From a virus (lineage: Duplodnaviria > Caudoviricetes): a stretch of DNA of 64,000 nt. Positions 34,793 to 42,882 of this stretch are shown in pieces. Numbering within the stretch: the first letter of the stretch is position 1; the number at the start of each line of letters is the position of its first letter. The stretch spans positions 17,698 to 81,697 of the IMG/VR virus record IMGVR_UViG_3300037067_026376. One strand, given 5' to 3'. The translations under genes were made by a program, and so were the position numbers. A model generated the notes under the pieces. That model saw only the letters and a list, made by a program, of their open reading frames with translations. It had not been told where the DNA came from and ran no database searches.

Positions 34793-35617
34793 TTACTTTA
34801 ATTTGAAATTAAAGCAATCCGTTTGAAATCCGCCGTAAACAGAATCATAATTATAACTGCGCTGAGCGTCGGCTTTTATTCCTATGCGATCATATTTTGC
34901 GTTGCCGTAACAAACAGGAATTGTCATTTTTTTAAACGTCTTATTCTCAAATTGACTGCCTGATCCCAGGAATTCGCCGAAAAAACCGAATTGAGTATTT
35001 TTGGGAATTTCTATTGATTTACAAGTTTTGATTTTTTCCTTTAATTCAAGAAAATCATTTAAAGAAATAGTAAACGGTAATTCCAGTAAACAAGCTCCGT
35101 ATACATTCGCATGTTCAGAAAGATAATCATCTTTTTTTATTCCCTTCCTTACTACTTTGAAAATCTCCGACAAATAACCTTTTTCCGACATAGTATCCAT
35201 TGAATTAGTACAGTCATAATTTGAATAAAATATCAGACTTGCCAATATTTCAGTATTAAGTAATTGATCATAATTCAAATTTACAACCGGATAAATCTCC
35301 AGTTCATTGATAAATTCTTTTATCAGTTTATCGTCAATTTCAGATTCTGAATGATCTGAAAGTAATATTTCAGCAATTTTTGATTTAAAATGATCAAATA
35401 TTATTTCTTCCTTAAAAAAATCTTCCTGCTGAAAGATATAATCTAGATTATTTTCATAAAGTTCATTGCAAAAATTATCGCTTCCCTCTTCTAGAATAGA
35501 AATAATTTGATTTTTTGACAAATTGTCGCTGCGGTCAAAATCAATCTTGACCGGGTTTTTGTCGCAGTATTCCTGAATTTTAACTTGTAAATCAGCAATC
35601 ATTTTTTCTTTTAACAT
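34793..35617 (-). CDS. early hypothetical protein
   Basis: 274 aa with cassette RBS. Confidence 0.65.
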   Translation of the reverse strand: MLKEKMIADLQVKIQEYCDKNPVKIDFDRSDNLSKNQIISILEEGSDNFCNELYENNLDYIFQQEDFFKEEIIFDHFKSKIAEILLSDHSESEIDDKLIKEFINELEIYPVVNLNYDQLLNTEILASLIFYSNYDCTNSMDTMSEKGYLSEIFKVVRKGIKKDDYLSEHANVYGACLLELPFTISLNDFLELKEKIKTCKSIEIPKNTQFGFFGEFLGSGSQFENKTFKKMTIPVCYGNAKYDRIGIKADAQRSYNYDSVYGGFQTDCFNFKLK

Positions 35618-35735
35618 AGTATTAACCCTTTATAATTAATATTTACGATTATTAAAAACCGTATAAAATGGCAGGAAAATTAATCCCTGTCAAAGTATCT
35701 GATTTTTAAATTAAAAGTTGCCGGATTGCTCCGGC

Positions 35736-35912
35736 TTACCAGATTTTATTGAAATTCTTTTTTAAAATTTGTTTTGCATAAATAAATTTTGGCAAAATTG
35801 AATCATCATTATCCCAGACAACATTAGTAAGTCTTGATTCGTACCTATCTAAAAATTTTAAAAGTCTTTCTTCAGTCATATTTTTTATAGTTGTTTTATA
35901 ATTTGTTTTCAT
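35736..35912 (-). CDS. early small protein (58 aa, not in ORF track)
   Basis: MKTNYKTTIKNMTEERLLKFL...; lacks the cassette RBS and is flanked by gccggattgctccgg hairpins. Confidence 0.4.
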   Translation of the reverse strand: MKTNYKTTIKNMTEERLLKFLDRYESRLTNVVWDNDDSILPKFIYAKQILKKNFNKIW

Positions 35913-36014
35913 AATTTGTTTTCCCGGACAATCTAACCCGGCATTTTGAGCCGGGTATTTTTTTATTTGCCGGATTGCTCCGGTTTGGTGTGCTAATATA
36001 CCATGTGGTATTTT

Positions 36015-36176
36015 TTAAATTACTATTAAATATTTATAATCGTATAAAACGGCCATACATAGTTTGTAGCTGTTGTATTCCGGATATAATTCTTTCACTT
36101 TTTCTTTTGCTATTGCCATGCAATCATTCGTTAATATTTCTTTCACTTTGTTGTATTGAGATTTTGTTATTTTCAT
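36015..36176 (-). CDS. early small protein (53 aa, not in ORF track)
   Basis: MKITKSQYNKVKEIL... with cassette RBS. Confidence 0.5.
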   Translation of the reverse strand: MKITKSQYNKVKEILTNDCMAIAKEKVKELYPEYNSYKLCMAVLYDYKYLIVI

Positions 36177-36876
36177 AATATTAACCCCTTTATAATTAAA
36201 TTTAAGTTTATAAAAAACTTATTACAGGACACTTTTAAAATGTCCTGTTTATAAATCTTTTATTTACAGTAATTAAACCAGAATATTTTGTAGTCACTCC
36301 ATAAAAATATATTATCTCTATCTTTATATTTTATCTCTTCAGCGATGTGATATATTTTTATATTATATTCTGATTCTATTCCGTTTTTTTGTTTGCATAT
36401 TTCTTTTTTAAAATCAATCATATAATCACCCTTTATAATTATAGTATAAGATTTAAAAAATCTTATGTAATGACTGTATTTAATACAGTCAAAACATAAA
36501 ACTTTTAAGCGACTCTTTTTTGTCTCAATGCTAAGCGGCGAGAAAATATTTTTCCTGTTTTGTCTTTTTCAAAAATTGTTTTTACATACTGGACATTACC
36601 TTTCAGGTCATAACATTTAACAAATTTTGTTTCATTTACAATTTTCATATTATTTTACCTGTTTTTTTATTTTTGATTTTAAAGCATAGTAAGAAATTAC
36701 TGCCGCTAACAATAACACCGCTTGTGATAATATTTCTAAAGTCTTTTTATCTAACATAATATTAACCCTTTATTAATTAGATTTAAGATAAAAATTAATA
36801 TCTTACTAGATAAGACAATTTGCATTGTCTTAAATAGTAACATATTAAAAACTGCAAATATATTATTTATTCCAGA

Positions 36877-37061
36877 TTCGACGATTTATAAAAAGATATA
36901 AACCGGACAGGATAATATATTTGTCTTTGTGTTAAGTTTAGGGTTAATTATATAGGGTTATTAGATTTAATTATTTTGCTTTTGCCGTATTGATCGGGAT
37001 ATACCCGGATTATACAGTGTTGCAAAGCCTTAATCTTAAAATTAAGTTTTAAATCGTCGAA
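36877..37061 (-). ncRNA. stem-closed leader RNA at the head of the early operon
   Basis: 12-bp closing inverted repeat TTCGACGATTTA/TAAATCGTCGAA, internal hairpins, two AACCCTA motifs. Confidence 0.5.
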
Positions 37062-37092
37062 TTTCAAATAACCAGTTGTACTTTACATATAT

Positions 37093-37122
37093 AATATAGT
37101 AATAATATCGGTTAAAAGTCAA
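37093..37122 (-). promoter_or_regulatory. sigma70-like early promoter
   Basis: TTGACT-18 nt-TATATT, with an upstream T-rich UP-like tract. Confidence 0.6.
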
Positions 37123-37229
37123 GAAAAAAAAGAAAAAAAAGTGAAAAAAGTTTACGTATGTAAACAAAAACAGGCAAAAATTGAACTTTTTTTAATAAAA
37201 AATAGATAAATTCAGGGAAAAATAAAATA

Positions 37230-37700
37230 ATGTCCGATATAAAATAAATATATCTATAAGAGCAATAGACATATAGACATATAGATAATAATAAACAGGA
37301 TATAACAATCAAATAATATAGAGATATAGAGTATCTGTATATAATGTATTATTTATATATTCAAATAATACGATATAATAGAGCTAAACAGGATATTATA
37401 TATTACATTAAATTGATTGATTATACAATACAGGATATATACAATACAGGATATATAAACAACAATATCCGATATAAAAGAAATATAAACAATAAGAGAT
37501 AAACAATAAAGTAATGATAATAAACAGGATATAATATATTTCTTCGAATTGATCGATTATACAATACCCGATATATAGTAAGAGTAAAGGGTAAGAAAAT
37601 AAAGAAAAATATACAGGATACAGGGCAAAAGCAGGGAAAGAAATATATGGCGGCATACTATCTATTTATCTATATATTCAAATAATACGATATATATAAC
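37230..37700. repeat. AT-rich region with dispersed ACAGGATA and (C/A)CGATATA repeats
   Basis: About six ACAGGATA and five CGATATA copies; tandem acaatacaggatatat; duplicated tatattcaaataatacgatata. Confidence 0.75.
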
Positions 37701-38012
37701 CTGATTATATAAGCTTTTTATAAGACTGATAGTGCTATGAGACATAACATATATTAGAGGAAGTAATACTATATGGACATTTTCATATAAATGTCCATAA
37801 AACATAAAACCATGTCCTATAGCCTATTACACGTTGTTCAACCTCGTATAATTTTATGGAAATTTTTTCTGGCCTCCATTTCCTATAATATCCTCTCCCT
37901 TCTATTACGAGACATTACTCCCGTATAATTTTATAGGAATTTTTTCCTACCCCCTTATTTCTATTAAGTATTTCTTTATTATATTCCGATATATATGTTA
38001 TGGAGTAAATGA

Positions 38013-38588
38013 ATGCTTACAGGTACGATGCTTGTTAATGGTTTAAATAAAGATAAAGATAGGAGAGAATTAGATTATTACCCTACTCCTCCACAGGTTA
38101 CTGCTGCTTTATTAGAATATCTTAATAAATTATATGAATTATCTACTATGACTTGTATTGAACCCGCCTGTGGTACTGGTGAAATGGTAAAGATTTTAGA
38201 AAAATATTTCCTTCGAGTACAATCCTCGGACATTATCCTTGAATGTTATGGGGTGGGAGATACAGACTATTTAACAACTCCTTATCCAGGATCTGAAAAT
38301 ACTGCGTTGATAACAAATCCCCCTTTTAAACATTCAGAAGCATTTATCAGGAAAGCTATTGCTGAAAAACATTTTATCACAGCAATGTTATTAAAAAGTC
38401 AATATTGGCACTCTAGGAAAAGATATTCCTTGTTTATGGATACAAATCCTGCTTATATATTACCTCTTACTTGGAGACCTGATTTTTATTTCAGTAAAAA
38501 AGGGAGCTCTCCTACTATGGAAGTTATATGGACGGTATGGGTTAATGCGCCTCATGATAATTGTATATATCACCCTCTTATTAGATAA
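38013..38588 (+). CDS. N6-adenine DNA methyltransferase-like protein
   Basis: DYYPTPP, IEPACGTG, ITNPPF. Confidence 0.8.
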   Translation: MLTGTMLVNGLNKDKDRRELDYYPTPPQVTAALLEYLNKLYELSTMTCIEPACGTGEMVKILEKYFLRVQSSDIILECYGVGDTDYLTTPYPGSENTALITNPPFKHSEAFIRKAIAEKHFITAMLLKSQYWHSRKRYSLFMDTNPAYILPLTWRPDFYFSKKGSSPTMEVIWTVWVNAPHDNCIYHPLIR

Positions 38589-38675
38589 ATCTCTCTATTA
38601 GAAACCATCATTCCTTTAAAATTTTACAATATTTTTTTCTAGGGTCTTTTTCTATAAAATTCCGATATATAGATA

Positions 38676-38903
38676 ATGAGAAGAGTTAAAAAACCTAAAA
38701 TGGGAGAATATGTACTTGTGACGAAATATAGTGACAAGGACCCTATGGACCCATGGTATATAAGCTTTGTCGACGGTATTATATACAAAAATGATAAAAT
38801 ATATTATACCGTAGAGGATTCCTCCAGGTTATGGCCATGTTGCTTCAGAATAAGCAGGGGTGAAGCTTCCGCCTGGTTCGCAAGAAATGGAGTAATGACA
38901 TGA
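38676..38903 (+). CDS. hypothetical protein
   Basis: 75 aa; possibly leaderless. Confidence 0.55.
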   Translation: MRRVKKPKMGEYVLVTKYSDKDPMDPWYISFVDGIIYKNDKIYYTVEDSSRLWPCCFRISRGEASAWFARNGVMT

Positions 38904-39214
38904 ATATAGGATTATTGGATGTGGATGGGAAAAGATTCCCGAACCTGGCGTTGATGCGGATATCAGCATATCATAAAACTATAGGAGATTCCGTTGCGTT
39001 TGTAAGAGATGGCGGAGCCTATGATGTTGTATATAAGAGCAAAGTATTTACTTTCTCTAAAGAACCTGTTATCAATATTATTGCGGATTCTATCTATCAA
39101 GGAGGCACAGGGTACGATTTATCTTCTAAGTTGCCCTCTTACCAGATAAATAATATGTTTTCTCCCTATCACAGAACTTTTTCCTTCATAAAATTTTCCA
39201 ATAATTTTTCTTAG
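38900..39214 (+). pseudogene. truncated N-terminal fragment of a phage radical-SAM-type protein
   Basis: MNIGLLDVDG..FPNLALMRISAYHK..GD.V...YDVVY.SKVFTFS...GGTGY..SKLP, then low-complexity run-off with no CxxxCxxC. Confidence 0.55.
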
Positions 39215-39260
39215 GGTATTTTTCTGATTTATTCCGATATATAAGTAAAAGGTAGAAAAT

Positions 39261-39752
39261 ATGAAATTATTGAAGAAATGGCGTCAGGATTGGAGGATAA
39301 AGTTCAAGGCCCGGATTCGTAAGGAATATAGAAAGAAATTCGAGAAGAAGCTAAGAGAGGAGATGCTCGTAATAAGCGATTCCCGTGATGCCGCGATAGC
39401 TCTGAAGGATAAGGAGATTAGTGAACTGCATCTGCATTATAAGCGGGAAATTGAGATAGTAAGGACACAAGAGGCGAATAAATGGAAAACTCTCCTGGAG
39501 GAAAGGGATTCCGAAATACATAGATTAAGAAAAGAAAAGGAAGAACGCAGAGAAGCTATTTTAAAATTTGAACAGATGGTGCAGGACTTTGAAACAAGCT
39601 ATACCAGCACCAGGGTTAAGATCGGGGCCGCGGGCGAGTACGTTAAGAAGGCCGAGCAGAGCCTGTTAAGCAGTTCCGGGGAGTGGGATTCCTTCACGAA
39701 TATATACAGGAAACAATTCCCAAAGATACAGGAACAATTAAAGGAGAATTAA
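39261..39752 (+). CDS. coiled-coil hypothetical protein
   Basis: 163 aa, E/K/R-rich heptads. Confidence 0.6.
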   Translation: MKLLKKWRQDWRIKFKARIRKEYRKKFEKKLREEMLVISDSRDAAIALKDKEISELHLHYKREIEIVRTQEANKWKTLLEERDSEIHRLRKEKEERREAILKFEQMVQDFETSYTSTRVKIGAAGEYVKKAEQSLLSSSGEWDSFTNIYRKQFPKIQEQLKEN

Positions 39753-39766
39753 AGGAGGCGTCCATA

Positions 39767-39895
39767 ATGAAACAATCCGTAAAAGAATACGTCACAGGAT
39801 TAATCTTTCTCTTGATCATACTTTTTATGGCATTTATTTTTTATTACTGGGTGGTATGGAGATTGATAATTATCGGCATTTTAAATTTAATGTGA
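39767..39895 (+). CDS. small membrane peptide
   Basis: RBS AAGGAGG; MKQSVKEYVTGLIFLLIILF... hydrophobic. Confidence 0.5.
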   Translation: MKQSVKEYVTGLIFLLIILFMAFIFYYWVVWRLIIIGILNLM

Positions 39896-39901
39896 GGAAC
39901 G

Positions 39902-40129
39902 ATGGGAAATAATAGATTCTGGACAGAGGAAAGATTGATGATCGCGAGGGAGATATATCTCTTGCCTCGGGTAACGGAACATATCGTAGCTGTAACCGAG
40001 TTTAGAAAAAGAGGGATAAAAATTACCGCGGCAGCGGCTCAGGCTTTGTCGAACAGGAAAGAGTTTAATATTAAAAAGCCGTATATATTAAGGGGCAAAC
40101 CGTCGCGGGACAGGAGCATAAAGAAATAA
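39902..40129 (+). CDS. hypothetical protein (possible HTH)
   Basis: WTEERL...; RBS GAGG. Confidence 0.5.
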   Translation: MGNNRFWTEERLMIAREIYLLPRVTEHIVAVTEFRKRGIKITAAAAQALSNRKEFNIKKPYILRGKPSRDRSIKK

Positions 40130-40210
40130 TGTTGGTAGTTCACTAATATTTGTATTATCTTTAATCTTTTGTCTCTTAGCATTGCGGGCTATATTATTCA
40201 GGAAAATAGA

Positions 40211-40239
40211 TTGATTATTCATTCGTAGCATTGTATTAT
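40211..40239 (+). promoter_or_regulatory. sigma70-like promoter for tRNA-Ser
   Basis: TTGATT-17 nt-(TG)TATTAT. Confidence 0.55.
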
Positions 40240-40250
40240 AACCGCAGCAT

Positions 40251-40334
40251 GGAGGTAATCCGGTTGGTTTTAGGGGCTTGTCTTGAAAACAAGTGGTCAG
40301 AAATGGCTCGGGAGTTCGATTCTCTCTGCCTCCG
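40251..40334 (+). tRNA. tRNA-Ser (TGA); CCA not encoded
   Basis: GGAGGTA/TGCCTCC acceptor, G73, CTTGT-CTTGAAA-ACAAG anticodon arm, long variable arm, GGGAG-TTCGATT-CTCTC T arm. Confidence 0.88.
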
Positions 40335-40464
40335 TAGAACAGCCCCGTAGAAAATGGGGTTTCCGTGAAGTAAAAAAACTTGACTCGATAATGTTTTAAT
40401 GTTAAAGACTGCACACGCGCAGTCTTTTTTTTATTATCATAGATATAAACGGAGGAATATAAAG

Positions 40465-40635
40465 ATGGCAAATACAAAGAAGCGTCTCGGTTTTAAAGCT
40501 GTAGCCAAAAAGATAGCGGGGGAACAAGGAATATCCATGAAAGGGGCCAACGCGATATTGGCTTCGTCCTCACGCAACGCGAGTAAAGCGGCGAAGCGTA
40601 AAAACCCAAGACTTAAAAAAGTTCGCGGGCGTTAA
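40465..40635 (+). CDS. small basic conserved phage protein (56 aa)
   Basis: GFKAVAKKIAGEQGIS...AILASSSRNASKAAKRKNPRLKKV; RBS GGAGG. Confidence 0.7.
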   Translation: MANTKKRLGFKAVAKKIAGEQGISMKGANAILASSSRNASKAAKRKNPRLKKVRGR

Positions 40636-40666
40636 AAATATAAAATAAAAAAAAGAGAGAGTAAAA

Positions 40667-41173
40667 TTGGCAAGGAAAGGAAACACGCCGGTTGTATCCG
40701 GGCCCGGTGGAGGTCTCCCCGGATCAGGACGCACACCCAAGGCCCTCATGTTTAAAAATTATCCCCAGGCGATAGCTAAACTTGATGAGGGTATATTACC
40801 CGCGATACAAGTGCTTATCGATGGATTAAAAGCGACTACTAATGTTTATAGCAAAGACGGCACTCTGGTAGAAGCTAATGTTCCTGATAAATGGTATAGG
40901 ATGAATTGTGCGGTACAGTTGCTGAAGAAAGCCATTCCGGATAAGAAGATAAAGGAAATTACCGGCGCTGAGGGCGGACCCATAGAAGTAAATGTGAATA
41001 AAAGAGAGACTGTATTTAATATATTACAGGTGCTTGAGAGTAAATCATTAGAGGAGTTAAGGCAGGAAATAGAAGATGGAAATTTCCAATTATCTGAACC
41101 TGACGGAAGAGCAGCGATTACAACGGAGGCAACAGTGGAAGGAGAGACAGTCAAAGAAGAAGAAGGGAATTGA
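40667..41173 (+). CDS. terminase small subunit
   Basis: LLKKAIPDKK..EITGAEGGPI motif; directly upstream of TerL; TTG start. Confidence 0.65.
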   Translation: MARKGNTPVVSGPGGGLPGSGRTPKALMFKNYPQAIAKLDEGILPAIQVLIDGLKATTNVYSKDGTLVEANVPDKWYRMNCAVQLLKKAIPDKKIKEITGAEGGPIEVNVNKRETVFNILQVLESKSLEELRQEIEDGNFQLSEPDGRAAITTEATVEGETVKEEEGN

Positions 41174-42698
41174 TCCCGAGCAGGAACACGCCAGAGACAG
41201 AGCTTTAAAAGCCCTGTTTTTAATAAAACAGCATCTTAATAAAGAGATAACGCTTTCTCAGACTGAAATAACTACTCTCTGTGCTGTCGTAGTGGAGAGA
41301 AGTTCCGATTTATTTTTCTTTGCTAAACATGTCCTGGAATTTAATCTTCTTACGGAACAAACTCATAAGAGATGGGCGGATGATCTTATCACTGCGGTAA
41401 AGAAGGGAAAAAAAAGAGTAATGAGGCTGAAGCCCCGGGCGACGTACAAGTCTACCTTATATGGGATATCTTTTGTTCTGTGGATATGGGGGTATATCTC
41501 TCCTCAAGTTAGAATATTTTACACATCTTCTAATAAACTTCTTCTTGATGAAATTGCAGATTCTTTGAGTTCTTATGTAGGTACGGATAAAAACGAAACG
41601 TTATATTCTTTTATTTTTGGGGTTGTCAGAGACGACTCTGCTAAAAATACTTCAGACGTATTTAATCTTCGCGGGAGGAAAGGAAAAGGATTTTCTCTTA
41701 TTTTAAGAACTTCCGGAAGCTCTACTGTTGGTGTTCATCCGAATATAATAATTATTGATGACCCCTTGAACGAAGAAGACCGTAATCATGAATTGGAGAG
41801 AACAAATAAGGAGAGGTGGTTTGATACTCTTAACCCTCTTATCGTACCCTTTTATGATGAGAAGAATGACATAACTTTTGAATCTCTTTATTATATAGGA
41901 ACGCGCTGGCATCTTAGAGATCTAGTGTGGTACATAATGGAGAAACTGGTCAAGGAGAAAAAACAGGAATGGGATATAGAATCTGAATCTATTATAGGGT
42001 CTGATGGTCATTCCTTCTATCCGGAATTATTCACAGATAAGCAGATACTGGAATTAAAAGGAACGATGTCGGAAATATTTTGGAGTTGCCAATATTTGAA
42101 CTCTCCGTTGTCCGAAGGTTTACAAACTTTCGATTTAAAACGTCTTACCTTTGTTCGCCCTTCTCAGTTTAAAGAAGTATTCAGATACGGCCAGATCATC
42201 TGTGGATTTGACCCCAGCTTAGGTAAAAAACATAGTGACTTTCCCGCGGTATGGTGGGCGCATTATTATAATGACACCATAACTTTCTTTGATAACATAG
42301 ATGAAAAAGTGGAATTGACGCTTCTTATACATCAGATCGCGGCGAAGAATAAATTATATCGCTGTCGGAAAATGGTGTATGAAAATAATGGCGTTACCCT
42401 AGTGGAAAAGGCCATTAAAGATGCTCATGCCAGATTGAACTGGAGAATAGATATTGACCCCGTACACCACGGTAGCGATAGCAATAAAAACGAAAGAATT
42501 GTTTCCACGCAGCCTGATTTATATTCCGGGTATGTACGGTTCCTGTCTGATTACGAGCGCAGGTACCCCGAGGCGATGAACCAGATAGTATTTTATGGCG
42601 CTTATGGCAATGATGACTATCCGGACTGCATGGAGATGATAATATCTTATTTTAGGCGTCCTCATTTTGAATTTACAAGATATTCCGGAGCATTATAA
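41076..42698 (+). CDS. terminase large subunit
   Basis: PRATYKSTL Walker A, IIIIDDP Walker B, YIGTRWH, CQYLNSP, GFDPS, DDYPD. Confidence 0.9.
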   Translation: MEISNYLNLTEEQRLQRRQQWKERQSKKKKGIDPEQEHARDRALKALFLIKQHLNKEITLSQTEITTLCAVVVERSSDLFFFAKHVLEFNLLTEQTHKRWADDLITAVKKGKKRVMRLKPRATYKSTLYGISFVLWIWGYISPQVRIFYTSSNKLLLDEIADSLSSYVGTDKNETLYSFIFGVVRDDSAKNTSDVFNLRGRKGKGFSLILRTSGSSTVGVHPNIIIIDDPLNEEDRNHELERTNKERWFDTLNPLIVPFYDEKNDITFESLYYIGTRWHLRDLVWYIMEKLVKEKKQEWDIESESIIGSDGHSFYPELFTDKQILELKGTMSEIFWSCQYLNSPLSEGLQTFDLKRLTFVRPSQFKEVFRYGQIICGFDPSLGKKHSDFPAVWWAHYYNDTITFFDNIDEKVELTLLIHQIAAKNKLYRCRKMVYENNGVTLVEKAIKDAHARLNWRIDIDPVHHGSDSNKNERIVSTQPDLYSGYVRFLSDYERRYPEAMNQIVFYGAYGNDDYPDCMEMIISYFRRPHFEFTRYSGAL

Positions 42699-42706
42699 AT
42701 AATTGC

Positions 42707-42735
42707 TTGACTTTAAAATGGGTTAAATATATAGA
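42707..42735 (+). promoter_or_regulatory. sigma70-like promoter upstream of portal
   Basis: TTGACT-17 nt-TATAGA. Confidence 0.45.
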
Positions 42736-42882
42736 TTAAGTATAGCGCTTTTAGCGCTAATTTTTGACTCTCTTTCAAAAATTTACTCTCTTTGTTGTTT
42801 ATTTTTCGAAAGTCAACCGCGATAAGGTACAGTTCGCTTGCTCGGCGATAAGAGCGCTTTAAATAAAAAGAAGTGATAATAG

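Larger units (their letters stand above)
29536..36845 (-). repeat. dispersed early-gene leader module (two hairpins + AATTATAAAGGG(G)TT RBS), about 16 copies here plus a variant at 29272
   Basis: Plus-strand core ccctttataatt near 29546, 30478, 30932, 31210, 31728, 32044, 32442, 33397, 33620, 33879, 34389, 34715, 35626, 36185, 36429, 36766, each followed by two palindromes. Confidence 0.9.

Noticed and set aside
972-36178. Short plus-strand ORFs antisense to the leftward genes
   Set aside because: They are shadows of well-supported minus-strand genes, without RBS or recognisable motifs.
29536-36845. CRISPR array or bona fide integron
   Set aside because: The units are separated by whole genes and vary in sequence; no integrase and no attC GTTRRRY/RYYYAAC boxes recognised.
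37112-37656. Two minus-strand ORFs (66 and 82 aa)
   Set aside because: Low-complexity F/Y/I/L translations of the repeat field, with no RBS.
41076-41173. Programmed frameshift joining TerS and TerL
   Set aside because: The 98-nt overlap is explained by independent initiation; no convincing slippery site was found.
1220-42698. Inteins or group I introns in RecA, DnaE, helicase or TerL
   Set aside because: Conserved motifs are contiguous at normal spacing; no C/S…HN splice motifs or interrupted frames seen.
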